Shown: positions 27,308-36,238, numbered from the stretch's first letter. The stretch is 64,000 bases of DNA from Acidobacteriota bacterium (GCA_012517875.1 JAAYUB010000017.1:84943-148942); one strand, 5' to 3'. Numbers and translations are program-made. The notes: generated by a model from the sequence alone, not told the origin.

Positions 27308-29140
27308 TCATTCGGCCGGCAACGATACGGGCAGATCCAGCTCCACGCCGGTGCCGCGGCCGGGTTCCGACTGGACGCGGATCGCCCCCCCGTGCAGGGC
27401 CACGATCTTGTGGACCACGGCCAACCCCATCCCGGTGCCGCCAGGTCGCGTCGTGAAAAACGGCGTAAAGATGCGTCCCAACGCCTTGGCGTCGATGCCC
27501 GGCCCGGTATCCTCGATCCACACCCGGACCAGCTGGCCCGACAGAGCCTCCAACCGAACCTCCACCCGTTTCACAGCCGACTTCTCCATCGCCTGGACCG
27601 CATTGAGCAGCAGGTTGTGCATCGCTTTCTTCAGCAGATGCTCTTCGCCCGAAACCAAGCAGGGAATCAGCTGGCGGCGGAATTCGATGTCGGGATGGCG
27701 CTCGGCGAACAAGTCCATCTGCTCGGCGATCACCCCATCCAGCGCAACCGGCCGGTGCTCCAGAGGCATCGGCCGGGCATATTCCAGAAAGTCGGTGATC
27801 ACCCGGGCCATCTCCTCCACCTCCTGAACCAGCGCGGCGGCTCGTTTCTGTTCCGCGCCCGGCCGGGCGTTGCCCAACAGCATCTGGGCATAACCGCTGA
27901 TGGTGGACAGTGCGTTCTTGAGCTCGTGCGCGATGCCCGCCGCCATCTCGCCCTGGGCGGCCAGGTTCTCCTGCAGGCGCAGGCGCTCCTGCAGCTGCAT
28001 CGGCCCGGTGACGTCCTCGATCACGCCGACCACTCCCTCGGCGTCCCCCAGCGGGAACAGCGACAGGCTGACCGTCCGCTCCGGCTCCTCGCTGCCGGGC
28101 GCCGACATCTTCAGCAGACGGCGGGTGAGGCTCTGCTGGGCGCCCCATGCGGCATCGATCGCCGCGCAAATCTCCGGCTGATCCTGAAAGATCTCCCGAT
28201 ACGACTGGTTCGTGAAGGCCACCCGGCGACGGCCCAGCAGCTCCTCGAGGGCGGGATTGCACTCCTGGAAGATGCCGCGCGCGTCCAACGACAGGATCGC
28301 CAGCGGCAGACAGTGGAACACATCCCGCACGCGCCGTTCGGACAGATCCGCCCGCTGGGTGGCCTGCTGGTGCAGGGCCTGCAGCTCCCGCTCCTTGTCG
28401 CGAAGTTGGCGGATCACGTCCTTGAACGAACCCACCAGGACCGAGACCTCGTCGGCATACGGCTCCGACACGGACCGCAGCCCGGTGGACGAATGCTGGA
28501 TTTCACGGACCAGCGATTCGTAGGGCCGGACGGCACGGCGCAGCAGGTACCAGCCCAGCGCCAGCAGCGCCAAGATGGCGATCGTTTGGAAGAGCACGGC
28601 GAACTGCTCAAACGTCCCCATGAGCGGCGGTTCCGGATCCTGAAGCAGCAGGAACACCAGATAGGATGGTTTCAGGCCGTCGGCGTACAGCATCGTTCGC
28701 GCCAGAATCGCCGGGATCCGGCCGTTGTGCGCGATGGTGAGCGCTTCCAGCAGCACTTGATCCGGGGCCGGGCGCGCGGACTGCAACTTTTCGAGAGACA
28801 GTTTGGCGGCGATTGCCGGCGCAATGCTGATCGAGGATCGGCCGAAATGCGTGACTCCCGCCGGGTCCCGGATCTGCAGCAGGTAGAGACCTTCCCGCTC
28901 GTAGATCCCCTGCAGCCGGATCAGGCGCTGCTGACGGGTCAGCGGGGAATGCATGACCAGCTGCAGTTGGGCGATCACCCGGCCCACCTTCGCCGCCCGG
29001 AGCGCGTCGTTGCGCTCGGTCTGAACCTTGTGCACATGGAGAGTGAGGAATGCGTTCATCGCCACCGCCGACACAATGGCCAGCGTGACGATTCCGCCCA
29101 AAATGTAGATCGTGTGCCGCGGAGGCATACAGCCGCTCAC
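27308..29140 (-). CDS. membrane sensor histidine kinase (TM, HAMP, PAS, HisKA, HATPase_c)
   Basis: 610 aa. H-box AAGIAHELKNALSTISGYAQML. GTG at 29140 overlaps the stop of the upstream prepilin peptidase by 4 nt (an alternative ATG lies at 29128). TGA stop. Confidence 0.9.
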   Translation of the reverse strand: MSGCMPPRHTIYILGGIVTLAIVSAVAMNAFLTLHVHKVQTERNDALRAAKVGRVIAQLQLVMHSPLTRQQRLIRLQGIYEREGLYLLQIRDPAGVTHFGRSSISIAPAIAAKLSLEKLQSARPAPDQVLLEALTIAHNGRIPAILARTMLYADGLKPSYLVFLLLQDPEPPLMGTFEQFAVLFQTIAILALLALGWYLLRRAVRPYESLVREIQHSSTGLRSVSEPYADEVSVLVGSFKDVIRQLRDKERELQALHQQATQRADLSERRVRDVFHCLPLAILSLDARGIFQECNPALEELLGRRRVAFTNQSYREIFQDQPEICAAIDAAWGAQQSLTRRLLKMSAPGSEEPERTVSLSLFPLGDAEGVVGVIEDVTGPMQLQERLRLQENLAAQGEMAAGIAHELKNALSTISGYAQMLLGNARPGAEQKRAAALVQEVEEMARVITDFLEYARPMPLEHRPVALDGVIAEQMDLFAERHPDIEFRRQLIPCLVSGEEHLLKKAMHNLLLNAVQAMEKSAVKRVEVRLEALSGQLVRVWIEDTGPGIDAKALGRIFTPFFTTRPGGTGMGLAVVHKIVALHGGAIRVQSEPGRGTGVELDLPVSLPAE

Positions 29141-29967
29141 AGCAGACTCCAGTACCAGTCGAGCAGAATCTCCCCGAAGAACAGGGCGCTGACTGCGGCG
29201 ATGCCCAGGAAGGTCCCAAATGGAATTTCATATTTCCGATCGCCGCCGGCCCGGCGGATGAGCACCAGACCCACCACCGCCCCGAGCAACGATCCCAGGA
29301 AAACCGTGAGCAGGGTGCGCCCCCAACCCAGCACCGCGCCCACCAGACCCATGAGGATGATGTCTCCATGCCCCATGCCTTCTTCCCGGCGGACGAGATA
29401 GTAGCCGACGGCCACCACGAGCAGCATCCCCGCCCCCAGCAGCGAGCCGACCAGCGATCCGATCCAGGCGAGAATTCGCTCGTCCGCCGTCATCACGCCC
29501 AGCAAACCCAGCAGCCGGCCGACGTTCGGCGCCTCATACTGATGGATCACCTGCCAGGGGGCGGTGGCCAGCCCGACGATCCAGCCGCCCACGGTGATGC
29601 CGTGGGGTAGGATGCGGTGCTGGGCGTCGATGAAGACCAAAACGAGCATCGCGCTGCCGAAGGCGGCGTAGAGCAGCGCCGATGGGGTCAAGGCCCACCC
29701 CAGATAGGCGGCAACCCACAGCAGGCCGTTGAGTGCTTCGACCACGGGGTACTGCCAAGAGATGGCGGTGCTGCACCGGCGGCATCGCCCGCGCAGGATG
29801 AGGAAACTCAGGATGGGAATGTTGTCATAGAAGGCGATGGGCTGGCCGCAGCCTGGGCAGGCTGAGCGGGGTGTGACGATGGAGCGTTCGCGAGGCACCC
29901 GGTAGATGCAGACATTCAGGAAGCTGCCCACCACAATGCCGAAGGCGAAAATCATTAGATAGATCAT
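29137..29967 (-). CDS. type IV prepilin leader peptidase (A24 family, PilD/TadV-like)
   Basis: 276 aa from ATG 29967. The N-terminal IVVGSFLNVCIYRVP…CPGCG…RGRCRRC zinc-binding motif is followed by a multi-TM A24 domain. Confidence 0.85.
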   Translation of the reverse strand: MIYLMIFAFGIVVGSFLNVCIYRVPRERSIVTPRSACPGCGQPIAFYDNIPILSFLILRGRCRRCSTAISWQYPVVEALNGLLWVAAYLGWALTPSALLYAAFGSAMLVLVFIDAQHRILPHGITVGGWIVGLATAPWQVIHQYEAPNVGRLLGLLGVMTADERILAWIGSLVGSLLGAGMLLVVAVGYYLVRREEGMGHGDIILMGLVGAVLGWGRTLLTVFLGSLLGAVVGLVLIRRAGGDRKYEIPFGTFLGIAAVSALFFGEILLDWYWSLL

Positions 29968-30104
29968 GACCGTTGGATGCCCTTCGATATTCGCAGGTAT
30001 CGACCGGGTCGTCGCATACCGCCAAGCCGGATCCGGACTGGTGCGGGGCGGATCCGACACCTTCAGGCGAGGCCACGTTAGCCGAAATAGCCCTGCGAAT
30101 CAAC

Positions 30105-30181
30105 AAAAAACTGCCCTGTGGGTACCAGGGCAGCCGTCACCATAAGGTGGATTGGGGAGGGTATGGAGAATGTTTCAAACA
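30105..30181 (-). ncRNA. candidate small RNA or 5' leader: ~77 nt from the predicted TSS to an intrinsic terminator, C-rich (CCCUCCCC)
   Basis: Bounded by a near-consensus sigma70 promoter (see next feature) and, on the minus strand, a hairpin ctgccctg-N7-cagggcag + TTTTTT. The region has no coding potential and lies between the sodN stop (30326) and the pilD start (29967). Confidence 0.3.
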
Positions 30182-30187
30182 GTTTTA

Positions 30188-30215
30188 ATTATACTGTTTT
30201 CCCGATACAGGTCAA
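30188..30215 (-). promoter_or_regulatory. near-consensus sigma70 promoter on the minus strand (TTGACC-N16-TATAAT)
   Basis: On the minus strand the -35 TTGACC is at 30215-30210 and the -10 TATAAT at 30193-30188. This sits in an unusually AT-rich 190-nt stretch of a ~66% GC genome. Confidence 0.45.
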
Positions 30216-30325
30216 GTTGAAACATCACCCGGCGGCCTCCCACCGAACATGCAGATACATCACTGTTTAAAGCGGATCCCGAGCCTGGATCTCGATTCGA
30301 ATATATCGTTATGACGGGCAACTCA

Positions 30326-30814
30326 TCAGTGATTGTGGCCGCGGGTACCTGCCTCGCCAAAGTAGGCCTTGCGGAACTCTGCCAGCAGTTCGCGCAGTCG
30401 GGCCACGCGGCTCAGGTCCGTGGTCTGCTTGGCCTGCATCGCCACGATGAGCATTTCGTGCAGCAGGGTCAACTGCCGGAGGTACCGGGCATGCGCCTCG
30501 GCATTTGTCGCATCCGCCGGCTTGATCCGCTGGGTGAGGAAATACTGGGCGACGGTTTCCTGGATGTAGCTGGCGTGCGTCTCCTTGTTCGTGACCCACC
30601 GCACCAGCTGGTTGTAGTTCTTCTCTCCCTGCACCGAAAGCTGGACGATCTGCTGCATGGATTTCTCCACGGTGTCAATGTCCTCGGCAATCGCCTGGAC
30701 GCGCAGCTCATCGCCGTAGATGCCGCACGGGATTTCGCAGTGGGCGCGGAGCGCCGGTGACAACACCGACAGCGCAGCCAACATGGCGAGCAGGAGTGTG
30801 GCTTTTTTCATCAT
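30326..30814 (-). CDS. sodN: nickel superoxide dismutase precursor (NiSOD) with Sec-type signal peptide
   Basis: 162 aa from ATG 30814 (AAGGAGG, 5-nt spacer). Leader MMKKATLLLAMLAALSVLSPALRA is followed immediately by the Ni-hook HCEIPCGIYGD (HCxxPCGxY). TGA stop. Confidence 0.85.
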   Translation of the reverse strand: MMKKATLLLAMLAALSVLSPALRAHCEIPCGIYGDELRVQAIAEDIDTVEKSMQQIVQLSVQGEKNYNQLVRWVTNKETHASYIQETVAQYFLTQRIKPADATNAEAHARYLRQLTLLHEMLIVAMQAKQTTDLSRVARLRELLAEFRKAYFGEAGTRGHNH

Positions 30815-30959
30815 CTGATCCTCCTTGCCGGGACGCATTGGCGCCCGGTTCACGGACAACAGATTCAGTCCGGTTCGGATGGATTCAGACTACCGCCGCA
30901 CCCGGCCATTCGGTTCACAACGTCCGGCGGGTAAGCATGCGGTGCGGCGGGCGATTCAG

Positions 30960-32348
30960 TCACCGGTGATAGCGGGAGATGAACTCCTCCACCTCGGGGA
31001 TCCCGCCCTGGAAGACGAGGTAGCCGTTGCAGGGCTCGCGTTCGGTGATCTCGCCGGCGATGGGCGTGTACATGATCCGCCGAACTTCCGCCAGGTCGCT
31101 CGTCTGCCCCAGCGCCCAGCCCAGTTTCACGTAGGCCACCTCGGGGAGCATGTTGGCCATGGGCACGACGCCCAGCTCCATCATGTCGCGCCCCGTGTCG
31201 TAGACGTACATCTGGACATAGCCCCACAGCGTCTGCACGGTCATATAGACGGCGATCTGCTTCTCCTTTGCCCGCTTCAGGGCCGGGTAGAGCGGTTTGT
31301 TGACGTGGCCGAGCCCGGTGCCGGCGATGATGATGCCCCGGTAGCCGTTGTCGATGAGAGAGTCGATGATGTCCGGCCGCATGTTGGGATAGTAGTAGAC
31401 GATGGACACCATCTCTTCGAACGCCGTGTTGATGGTCACGTTCCGGTCTCGCCGGCGCGGCTTGTAGTCGGGGCGTAGCGGAGTGATCGTCTCCCTGCTG
31501 ACCATGGCCAGCGGGATGTCGCCGATGGTGCGGAACGTGGACCGGTAGCTGGAGTGCATCTTGCGCACGCGCGTCCCCCGATGGAGCAGGCCGTACTCGT
31601 CGGAGGTGGGCCCGAACATGCAGACCATCACTTCCGCCAGGTCGCCTTCGGCGGCGGCCTTGACGCTGTGCATCAGGTTCAACGCCGCATCGGACGACGG
31701 CCGGTCGCTGGAGCGTTGCGACCCCACCATGACGATGGGCACTGGCGAGTCCTGGACCATGAACGAGAGGATGGCGGCGGTATGGTGCATCGTGTCGGTA
31801 CCGTGGCCGATGACGATGCCCTGGACCCCCTTGGCGATCTCGCGGCCGATTGCCTCAGCGGTGCCCCGCCACTGCTCCGGCCCCATGTTCTCGCTGAACA
31901 CGCCGTAGAGTTTTTCGGTTTCCAGGTTGCAGATGTCGGCCAGCTCGGGTACCGATCCGTAGAGCTCGCCGGGTGAAAACGCCGGGATGACGGCGCCGGT
32001 GCGGTAGTCCAGCCGGCTGGCGATGGTGCCGCCGGTGCCCAGGAGCTTGACCCGGGGTTTCTTCGGATCGAAGGGGAAATCTTTCTCGGGAATCTTGTAG
32101 TGGGCTTCCTTGCGGCCGGCGATGACGATGTTCGAAATGCCGGCGGCGGCGATGCCCACGTTGTACCCGTTGCGGAGCTTGAGCACAACATGGTAAGAGT
32201 CCGCGGTCTCCGAACGGGGCAAGATGATGCCGGTGAAGACGCCCTGCGGGGTGTGGACCTCGACGTCGCTCCAAACCATGGCGTTGAAATTCTTCAGCGC
32301 GGCCAGGGCTTCGCCGCGGTAACCCTTGTAGCTGTCGTCAGCGCTCAT
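30960..32348 (-). CDS. gatD: Glu-tRNA(Gln) amidotransferase subunit D (archaeal-type GatD; N-terminal GatD domain + L-asparaginase-fold domain)
   Basis: 462 aa from ATG 32348. The N-terminal domain has …VVLKLRNGYNVGIAA…. Asparaginase motif KLLGTGGTIAS. It overlaps the gatE 3' end by 11 nt. Confidence 0.8.
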   Translation of the reverse strand: MSADDSYKGYRGEALAALKNFNAMVWSDVEVHTPQGVFTGIILPRSETADSYHVVLKLRNGYNVGIAAAGISNIVIAGRKEAHYKIPEKDFPFDPKKPRVKLLGTGGTIASRLDYRTGAVIPAFSPGELYGSVPELADICNLETEKLYGVFSENMGPEQWRGTAEAIGREIAKGVQGIVIGHGTDTMHHTAAILSFMVQDSPVPIVMVGSQRSSDRPSSDAALNLMHSVKAAAEGDLAEVMVCMFGPTSDEYGLLHRGTRVRKMHSSYRSTFRTIGDIPLAMVSRETITPLRPDYKPRRRDRNVTINTAFEEMVSIVYYYPNMRPDIIDSLIDNGYRGIIIAGTGLGHVNKPLYPALKRAKEKQIAVYMTVQTLWGYVQMYVYDTGRDMMELGVVPMANMLPEVAYVKLGWALGQTSDLAEVRRIMYTPIAGEITEREPCNGYLVFQGGIPEVEEFISRYHR

Positions 32349-34320
32349 GGATGTCCTCCTGCAGCCGGGTCGCGAGGCGCACGGCCACCCCGGCGCCAGG
32401 CACACGTCCGTCCAGCTCCCGCATCACCAGTGCCATGGCCGTCCGGAACCGCTGCCCCGGGGTGGGGACGGCCAGTTCCTTGACGCGGGCCAGGCCGCGG
32501 GTGATCGCCGTCTCCACGCCGTCCGCTGGCAGCGGCGGCGGCAACTGCTCGGGTTCAAATCGTCCGGCTTCGGCCGCTCGGGCGAGGGCGGGCAGAATCC
32601 CTTCGCGGGCCAGCCGACCGCCGCGGTGCGCCGCCAGGATTCCTTCGAAATCGGCGGTCGTCAGCTGCGCCGTCGAGAGGCGTTTTCGTTTGAGCCGCTT
32701 GGGCAGTTGGACGAGGGCCACGGCAACCAGGACCGGCGGCAGCCCCCACTCCCGGACAACCTTTTCGAACAGCTCCCACTGGGGCGAGATGACCAGGGGC
32801 CGCACTACGTCTTCAGGCACCCCCTGCGTCCGGCACCACGCTTCGCGCGTCCAGTAGTATGCCGGCAGGTTCCGGCGAATCCGCTCCAGCCGCTCGCCGG
32901 CGATGCGCTTGGGGGGCAGGTCAGTGTCCGGGTACATGCGGTCGGGGCCAGGCAGGATCCGCTCGAAACCGTTGGTCCCGTCCCGGAGGGCTTGCCGGGT
33001 TTCCGACGGGATGCCTACCGTGGCCTCGCGCGCCCGGATGGCGATCTCCCGGGCGCCCGTCTCGACATCGGTGGGCGGGCCCCACACCACGACGACGGCG
33101 TCGTTGTCACCGGCGCCAGTGGCCTTCTTGATCTCATGCCATTCGGCGGCCGCCAGGGTCTCGCTCTGGCTGTCGCTGTGCACGATGTTGGGCAGCGTGG
33201 TCAGGCATGCGATCACCCGCACGCGGTCGGAGATCTCCCGGGAGAACGCGGTGTCGGTCTGGGTGGGCCAGCGCAGCAGGTCGCGGAAACCCACCAGGTT
33301 CACACCGAACACCACCTTCCCTTCGGCGATGGCTGTCCGGATGGGCTGGAAGCGCGTTTTGCGGAGGCTGCGGGTCACCTCCGTTGTCCGAGAAGCGAAG
33401 GAGGCCGGGGTCACGCCCCGCCGCCGCAGCTCGGCCCGCAGCCGCAACAGGCTCCACTGGCGCATGGCTTCGTGATAGGTCAGCAGCGGGATGTTGGGAA
33501 TGCGCGGCACGCCCTTGATCTCGATCCGCGTGCCGCCGGTGACGCTGACGTTTACATCCTGCCGGGCGGCGCCGATCCCCGTGCGCACCCAGCCGGTGCT
33601 GCGCACCAGCCGGCGGCAGATCTCGCCCACCTGGGCCACTTCGTGGGGCGTGCGCATGTCCGGACCGGTGACCGTCTCGATGAGGGGCATGCCCAGCCGG
33701 TCGGTCAGGTACACCCGTCGGTGGCCGATGTCGCTCACCTCCCGACAGGCGTCCTCTTCGAGTCCGAGCTGGACGATCCGCACCTCCCGGTCCTTGAACG
33801 GGATCCGGCCGTTGACGCCGACGATGGTCGTCCGCTGGAATCCGGTGGGGATGCTGCCGTCAAGGTACTGCTTGCGGGCGATGTGGATCTCGTCCACCAT
33901 GGAACACCGGTACAGCATAGCGATGCCCAGGGCGATATCGAGCGCGTCCTCGTTGAGCTCGAAGGGCGGCGTGTCGTCGATCTCGTAAGTGCAGACCGTG
34001 TCGCGGTTGATCCGATAGATGATCTCCTTGTGGGTCTTGAACTCCATCAGGGCGGTGCCGTCGTACTCACCGAGCTCGGACAGCGTCGGACGCATGTGCC
34101 GGAGGACTTCGGCGTGGTAGTGGTCGCTGTATCTGCCCGCGGGGCACCGACAAAAAAGTTTCTTGTCCGTGAGGAGCTGCTGGTGGATCTCGAGACCGGA
34201 CCGGAATCCGATGCGGTGGTAGTCCGCGTCGGTCATTTCGGCAAACGGCTTGAATTCGAAATCGAGGAGTGCCTGGAGATCGGGTGCGGCGGAAGGCGGA
34301 TCAGCGGGGGTCATACTCAT
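32338..34320 (-). CDS. gatE: Glu-tRNA(Gln) amidotransferase subunit E (archaeal-type GatE; GatB/E N-domain with AspRS-like insertion + YqeY-like tail)
   Basis: ~660 aa. …RIGFRSGLEIHQQLLTDKKLFCRCP… and …RKQYLDGSIPTGFQRT… are GatE-like rather than the GatB YFYPDLPKGYQIS. The size fits GatE (~630 aa) rather than GatB (~480 aa). The start is ambiguous: ATG 34320 (GGGAGA RBS), 34386 or 34236. Confidence 0.75.
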   Translation of the reverse strand: MSMTPADPPSAAPDLQALLDFEFKPFAEMTDADYHRIGFRSGLEIHQQLLTDKKLFCRCPAGRYSDHYHAEVLRHMRPTLSELGEYDGTALMEFKTHKEIIYRINRDTVCTYEIDDTPPFELNEDALDIALGIAMLYRCSMVDEIHIARKQYLDGSIPTGFQRTTIVGVNGRIPFKDREVRIVQLGLEEDACREVSDIGHRRVYLTDRLGMPLIETVTGPDMRTPHEVAQVGEICRRLVRSTGWVRTGIGAARQDVNVSVTGGTRIEIKGVPRIPNIPLLTYHEAMRQWSLLRLRAELRRRGVTPASFASRTTEVTRSLRKTRFQPIRTAIAEGKVVFGVNLVGFRDLLRWPTQTDTAFSREISDRVRVIACLTTLPNIVHSDSQSETLAAAEWHEIKKATGAGDNDAVVVVWGPPTDVETGAREIAIRAREATVGIPSETRQALRDGTNGFERILPGPDRMYPDTDLPPKRIAGERLERIRRNLPAYYWTREAWCRTQGVPEDVVRPLVISPQWELFEKVVREWGLPPVLVAVALVQLPKRLKRKRLSTAQLTTADFEGILAAHRGGRLAREGILPALARAAEAGRFEPEQLPPPLPADGVETAITRGLARVKELAVPTPGQRFRTAMALVMRELDGRVPGAGVAVRLATRLQEDIHER

Positions 34321-34421
34321 GACCGTATCTCCCTGGTTGGAATCCGGAAACGTATGGGGCAGGCCGAGCCGTGCATACTCCGCCATGATAGCGATGATGA
34401 TAGGATGAGGCAATAATTTTC

Positions 34422-34450
34422 AAAAAAACCGCCGGGGACAACCCCGGCGG
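34422..34450 (-). terminator. intrinsic terminator (minus strand) after hcp
   Basis: ccgccgggg-acaa-ccccggcgg hairpin with an A-run on the + strand at 34422-34428, which is a T-run on the minus strand. It lies 60 nt after the hcp stop. Confidence 0.75.
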
Positions 34451-34512
34451 TAACATCCGGACGCCCGTACCCGCTCAGACGGGCCGGGACCGCTTGTACC
34501 TGTGTTTGAGCG

Positions 34513-36177
34513 TCAGGCCGTCGGCGCCGTGCCCAAAATCGCAGCCAGGTCTTCTTCCACCGACCCGATGGGACGGATGGCGAATTTGTCCACCAGCACC
34601 TGGAGGACGGCCGGCGTCACGAAGGCGGGCAGAGTCGGCCCCAGGCGGATGTTGCGGATGCCCAGGTACAGCAGCGACAGCAGGATCACCACGGCTTTCT
34701 GCTCGTACCAGGACAGGATCAGGGACAGCGGCAACCCGTTCACGTCGGTCTTGAAAGCCGCCGCCAGTGCACCGGCGATCTTGACCGCGGAGAACGCGTC
34801 GTTGCACTGGCCCACGTCGAGCAGGCGCGGGATGCCGCCGATGTCCCCGAACGCCAGCTTGTTGAAGCGGTACTTGCCGCAGGCCAGGGTTAGGATCATG
34901 CAATCCTTGGGCACCGCCTGGGCGAACTGGGTGTAGTAGTTCCGCCCGGATTTGGCGCCGTCGCACCCGCCGATGAGGAAGAAGTGCCGGATGGCGCCCT
35001 TCTGGACGGCTTCGATCACCTTGTCCGCCACGCCGAGCACGGCGTTGTGGCCGAAGCCCACCCAAATGGTGTCAGCGGGACCGTCCGCCGCAAAACCGGG
35101 CGCCGCCTGGGCCGCCGCGATCACCGGCGCGAAGTTCCGGTCGGCGATATGAGTCACCCCCGGCCAGGCCACCAGGCCCGTGGTGAACATCCGGTTGAAG
35201 TAGGTTTCCTTCGGTTTTTGGATGCAGTTGGTGGTCATCAGGATGGCGCCCGGAAAGGCGTCGAATTCCTGCCGCTGGTCCTGCCAGGCGCCGCCGTAAT
35301 TGCCGGCCAGGTGCGGGTACTTTTTCAAACCGGGGTAGGCCAGCGCCGGCAGCATCTCCCCGTGGGTGTACACGCGGATCCCCGTCCCCGCGGTTTGCTG
35401 CAGCAGAGCATCCAGATCCTTGAGGTCGTGGCCCGACACCAGAATGGCCTTGCCCTTGAGCGGGTGGATGCGCACCCGGGTGGGTTCAGGATGCCCGTAC
35501 GCGCCGGTGTTGGCGGCGTCCAGCAGCTCCATGACCCGAATGTTGACTTCACCGACCCGCAGCGCGAGCGCCAACAGCTCATCGGCCTTCAGGTCCGGCC
35601 TGGTCAGCGTGTCGAGCGCCTCGTGGAAGAAGGCATACACCGCCTCGTCTTCCTGGCCCAAGATCTGGGCATGATCGGCGTAAGCCGCCATGCCTTTCAG
35701 CCCGTAGGTGATGAGCTCTTCCAGCCCCACCAGGTCCCGGCTGCGGGCGTTCAATCGACGCTGGATGCCGATCTGTTCCCCCTGCTGAAGCATGTCGCCG
35801 CGGCTGGCGGCGGGGACCAGGCTGGACGGATCGCCCAGACTCTCGGGGGTCCGGCCGGCCCGCCGGCTGGCGGCCATGTACGCGTCGCGGGCCTGATCCC
35901 GCAATCCGGCGACTTTCCGGATCATGGCCTCCAGCCTGGCCGGATCGAAGTTGACGTTGGTCACGGTGGTGAACAACGCCTCGATGACCGCCAAATCGTA
36001 CTGGCGGTCACGAACTCCAAGCAGCCGGAGCCGGTGAGCGTACATGGCCAGTCCTTTACTGAAGCAAAACAGCAAGTCCTGCAGGGAGGCGGTCTCCGCA
36101 TCCTTGCCGCAGACGCCGGCCTTGGTGCAACCGCTGCCCTGGGCCGTCTGTTCACACTGATAACAAAACATACTCAT
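34513..36177 (-). CDS. hcp: hydroxylamine reductase / hybrid-cluster protein
   Basis: 554 aa from ATG 36177 (GGAGG, 5-nt spacer). The start MSMFCYQCEQTAQGSGCTKAGVCGK is canonical for Hcp. TGA stop. Confidence 0.93.
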   Translation of the reverse strand: MSMFCYQCEQTAQGSGCTKAGVCGKDAETASLQDLLFCFSKGLAMYAHRLRLLGVRDRQYDLAVIEALFTTVTNVNFDPARLEAMIRKVAGLRDQARDAYMAASRRAGRTPESLGDPSSLVPAASRGDMLQQGEQIGIQRRLNARSRDLVGLEELITYGLKGMAAYADHAQILGQEDEAVYAFFHEALDTLTRPDLKADELLALALRVGEVNIRVMELLDAANTGAYGHPEPTRVRIHPLKGKAILVSGHDLKDLDALLQQTAGTGIRVYTHGEMLPALAYPGLKKYPHLAGNYGGAWQDQRQEFDAFPGAILMTTNCIQKPKETYFNRMFTTGLVAWPGVTHIADRNFAPVIAAAQAAPGFAADGPADTIWVGFGHNAVLGVADKVIEAVQKGAIRHFFLIGGCDGAKSGRNYYTQFAQAVPKDCMILTLACGKYRFNKLAFGDIGGIPRLLDVGQCNDAFSAVKIAGALAAAFKTDVNGLPLSLILSWYEQKAVVILLSLLYLGIRNIRLGPTLPAFVTPAVLQVLVDKFAIRPIGSVEEDLAAILGTAPTA

Positions 36178-36238
36178 ATTTGCCTCCGCTCTGGTAATGT
36201 CTCGCTTCCTGGACACATTTTAGATGCTCCATGGCGCA

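Noticed and set aside
30175-30360. 61-aa minus-strand ORF in the AT-rich stretch downstream of sodN.
   Set aside because: It overlaps the sodN 3' end and has no RBS or homology. The region is better explained by a promoter plus terminator (candidate sRNA/leader).
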